From positions 21 through 64,020 of the forward strand of contig CABMGN010000004.1 of the NCBI GenBank assembly GCA_902385635.1: a stretch of 64,000 nucleotides of DNA, read 5' to 3'. Within the stretch, counting starts at the first letter, position 1, and each line of letters starts with the position of its first letter. Under the pieces are notes generated by a model. It worked only from the letters and a program-made list of their open reading frames with translations. It had not been told where the DNA came from and ran no database searches. The translations under genes were made by a program, and so were the position numbers. The stretch is from an uncultured archaeon. Its GTDB lineage: Archaea; Nanobdellota; Nanobdellia; Pacearchaeales; GW2011-AR1. Shown one piece after another: positions 61,378 to 64,000 of the stretch.

Positions 61378-62106
61378 TTAATCTTCAATCTCAACTCTCG
61401 GAGCGAGTAAGAAAGACATTTCCATGCTCGGTGTTCTTACATCCATCCTCAAGGGATGATCTGATGCAAAATTCAAAGTTGTTTTTTCTGCTAGTTTGGA
61501 TCCTTTGATAAATTTCTGTAAATATTCTAAACTGTATCTTGATTTACAATTCTCTGCTTTGATCTCTGCTTCATCACCTGAAAATTCTGATCTTGCAGAA
61601 TCTGTTGATCCTTTTGCATCAATTATGAAGGTATTATCTTTAACACTAAAACTACAAGCATCTGCAACAACTGCGCAATCTTCTATAGATGCTATGAAGT
61701 CCGGAGAGTTAACAACAACTTTTGAGCTATACTCTAAATCAGGCATTGTTTTGTCTTCTGACTCCACTTCGATTAAGCCTAAAGAGAAATTTCTTCTCAC
61801 TCTATCCTCAATCAGTATATTTAACATGTTATCTTGTTTTTCAATAATAAGTGCACTCTTTGGCCCGCATCTCTTAAGAACTTTTTTTAGATTGTCTAAA
61901 TTCACTCCGAGCACATCTGTATCTGTTTCGTATTTGGAGAATGCGGCTCTAGGGAGTTTAAAACTAACCATTGCAACATTTGCCGGATCCATTGCAGTTA
62001 TGCTAAAACCAAATTCCATAACTTTTATTCTAACCTCTGTTACTAACTCTGAAATTAGTTCTACAGCACGTGCGAGAATTACCGGGTCTTCTAATTTTAC
62101 TAGCAT
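61378..62106 (-). CDS. pcn: DNA polymerase sliding clamp PCNA
   Basis: 242 aa. 'ITAMDPANVAMVSFKL', 'YSLEYLQKF.K', 'PLRM' pattern. Confidence 0.9.
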   Translation of the reverse strand: MLVKLEDPVILARAVELISELVTEVRIKVMEFGFSITAMDPANVAMVSFKLPRAAFSKYETDTDVLGVNLDNLKKVLKRCGPKSALIIEKQDNMLNILIEDRVRRNFSLGLIEVESEDKTMPDLEYSSKVVVNSPDFIASIEDCAVVADACSFSVKDNTFIIDAKGSTDSARSEFSGDEAEIKAENCKSRYSLEYLQKFIKGSKLAEKTTLNFASDHPLRMDVRTPSMEMSFLLAPRVEIED

Positions 62107-62210
62107 TTTTCACCGAGATTTTACTTGGCTTGAAACCAAGGCCCACTTTTAAGGATTGTTATTCTTAAGTATAGGTGAATTTATATAAATCTTTCATGAG
62201 TTAGTTCTAT

Positions 62211-63521
62211 ATGGAAGAGGATAAAGAGATTAGTATTAAAGAAGAGAGAATAAGAAAAATTACCAAGTTATACTACTCTCGGCCAGATGTCCAAAAAGCG
62301 CTGTTTGAATTCTCAAAAAATAGAGAAATTTCTCCAAGATTTTTTGAAGGGTTTGGGAAAAGACCAGATTCTTTTCAGTACCCGGGAGATATTTTTGAGT
62401 ATGTAAAGAAAGGGGCGACAAGCTTTCACTGTTCTGAAGAACTTTGGAAAGACCCTCTTGATATAAAAACTGGAATGACTCCTGAGGAAGCAAACAATTT
62501 GAGAATTGGTTGGGACCTGCTCATTGATATTGATAGTAAGTATATAGATTATAGTAAAGTTTCTGCACAAATTATTTTAGAAGTCTTGAAATTCCATGGG
62601 ATTAAAAATGTGGGAATAAAATTTTCAGGTTCAAAGGGTTTTCACTTAATTGTGCCCTGGAAAGCAATTCCTAAAGAAGTCAATGGTGTTGAAGCAAAAA
62701 ATATGTTTCCGGAATGGGCTAGAATTCTTTCACTTTATATTACAGAGAAAACAAAGCCCCAGTTAATTAAAAGAATTACAGAACTAATGAACCCTAACTC
62801 TAAGTATATACGAGACTTTCAGGCTCCAAAAGAGGTTATGCCAGATATTATTCTAGTTTCACCGCGACATCTATTCAGAATGCCTTATTCCCTTCACGAA
62901 AAGACCGCACTAGCAAGTATTGTTCTTAAACCCGAAGAGATTGAAAAGTTCCAGTTGAAAGATGCAAAGCCAATGACTATGAAAATAAGAAATTATATGC
63001 CTGACTGTAGAGAAGGAGAAGCAAAAGAATTACTCATGCAAGCAATGGACTGGTGGAAAGAGCATAATCAAAAAAAAGAATCAGAAAAAACTTATTCTGA
63101 AAAAAAAGAATTTAAACCAATTCAGATAACAAATATTTCCAAAGATAACTTTCCACCATGCATTAAAAAAATACTTGAAGGAAACATGGGAGACGGGAAA
63201 AAGAGATCGGTATTTATCTTAATCAATTTTTTGAGATCTGCCGGGCTTGACAAAGTAGAAGTAGAAAAGATTATTTATGAATGGAATAAAAAAAATAATC
63301 CTAGTTTAAAAGAAGGTTACATTGGAACGCAGATTTCTTGGGCGTATAATAAAAAACCAATACTCCCGCCAAATTGTAAAGAGTTTTATAAAGGAGTTGG
63401 GGTTTGTTTACCCGATACTTTTTGTGCAAAGGCAAAGAATCCTGTAAATTATTTTGTTAGAAAGAGTTTACAAACAGAGAACAAACCAAAGACAAAAAAG
63501 GTTGTTAAGAAGATTAGTTAG
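62211..63521 (+). CDS. priS: fused DNA primase: PriS catalytic domain plus PriL-type Fe-S C-terminal domain
   Basis: 'WDLLIDIDS', 'KFSGSKGFHLIVPW', 'SPRHLFRMPYSLHEKT'. C-terminal 'FPPCIKKIL.G....GKKRSVFILINFLRSAGL' plus Cys in 'PPNC', 'GVC', 'TFC'. Confidence 0.85.
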   Translation: MEEDKEISIKEERIRKITKLYYSRPDVQKALFEFSKNREISPRFFEGFGKRPDSFQYPGDIFEYVKKGATSFHCSEELWKDPLDIKTGMTPEEANNLRIGWDLLIDIDSKYIDYSKVSAQIILEVLKFHGIKNVGIKFSGSKGFHLIVPWKAIPKEVNGVEAKNMFPEWARILSLYITEKTKPQLIKRITELMNPNSKYIRDFQAPKEVMPDIILVSPRHLFRMPYSLHEKTALASIVLKPEEIEKFQLKDAKPMTMKIRNYMPDCREGEAKELLMQAMDWWKEHNQKKESEKTYSEKKEFKPIQITNISKDNFPPCIKKILEGNMGDGKKRSVFILINFLRSAGLDKVEVEKIIYEWNKKNNPSLKEGYIGTQISWAYNKKPILPPNCKEFYKGVGVCLPDTFCAKAKNPVNYFVRKSLQTENKPKTKKVVKKIS

Positions 63522-63557
63522 TTTTTATGAAGAAATATTTATAAATAGGTTTTGGCT

Positions 63558-64000
63558 ATGGATAATATGAAAAAAAGGGTGATAGGGGTAATTGTGTTTC
63601 TTTCTATAGTCCTATTTGCGGTTTTGGCTTCTGCTGCAGTTGAGGGCGAGGAAGCAAAAGTTAACCAGGGGTACTTATGTTTAGAGAATAAAGTTAATCA
63701 AAGTACCTGTAATTTACTAACATTAGAACAAAAATTATTTTCTTTCCTAGCCATAGGTAAGTGTTTGAATGAAAGTTTAAACAGTGCAAGTGCTAATTTA
63801 ACTTGTTGGCCTAATGGGGCATGTACTATAAAAGATACAGGCCAGGCAGTATTCTCTCTTACCGGCACCGAGGGTGTAGACCTAAAAAATGCTATTAATT
63901 GGTTAAAGTCAAAAAATGCTACTGCAACAGATTTAGTCTGGTTACTTGAAATAGATAGCTCTGATTCTGTAAATTGTACGGTAAGTGTAGATTCAACAAC
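63558..64000 (+). CDS. secreted Cys-containing protein, 5' partial (runs off the window)
   Basis: ATG at 63558 (or 63567). Signal peptide 'VIGVIVFLSIVLFAVLASAA'. Frame open to the window end; not in the ORF track. Confidence 0.45.
   Translation, partial: MDNMKKRVIGVIVFLSIVLFAVLASAAVEGEEAKVNQGYLCLENKVNQSTCNLLTLEQKLFSFLAIGKCLNESLNSASANLTCWPNGACTIKDTGQAVFSLTGTEGVDLKNAINWLKSKNATATDLVWLLEIDSSDSVNCTVSVDST

Noticed and set aside
61496-62152. 218-aa plus-strand ORF
   Set aside because: Entirely antisense to the well-supported PCNA gene, and its Ser/Leu-rich low-complexity translation is typical of a shadow ORF. The same logic applies to other antisense ORFs in the track, e.g. 50112-50441, 11038-11358, 58949-59347, 18067-18408, 20426-20698 and 51281-51625.

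Overview
AT-rich (about one-third G+C by eye), very gene-dense archaeal chromosome segment. It encodes EF-1alpha, EF-2, uS10, eS19, eL31, eL39, PCNA, archaeal DnaG, a fused PriS-PriL primase, Cbf5, TrmY, Dph5, archaeal DTD2, RNase HII and an SMC-like ATPase. There is almost no biosynthesis and there are many signal-peptide/TM surface proteins, which fits a small-genome DPANN-type archaeon. I call roughly 80 CDS, 5 tRNAs (Ser-GCU, Met-CAU, Leu-UAA, Glu-UUC and an intron-containing Ile-UAU) and one GC-rich structured-RNA candidate. I found no rRNA and no CRISPR. The most interesting region is 33.5-42.2 kb, an ~8.7-kb integrative element in the 3' end of tRNA-Glu, bounded by a 14-bp (18/20) direct repeat. 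It carries a tyrosine integrase, an orphan TIR-like (Cap12/PycTIR-type) protein with a novel N-terminal domain, a Zn-ribbon/PD-(D/E)xK nuclease, several small wHTH/RHH regulators, a glycoprotein-like membrane protein and a C-depleted repeat tract. I read it as a candidate defence island or provirus. Other points worth a second look: an SMC-headed protein whose hinge is replaced by a central CPLC (Rad50-like zinc-hook) motif; a truncated dph2 beside intact dph5 and EF-2; a class II LysRS fused to an HD hydrolase; an ABC-F ATPase; an unassigned structured RNA next to cbf5/trmY; and a 43-aa hyper-acidic repeat micro-ORF missing from the ORF track. All functional calls rest on motif recognition by eye, since no searches were run.
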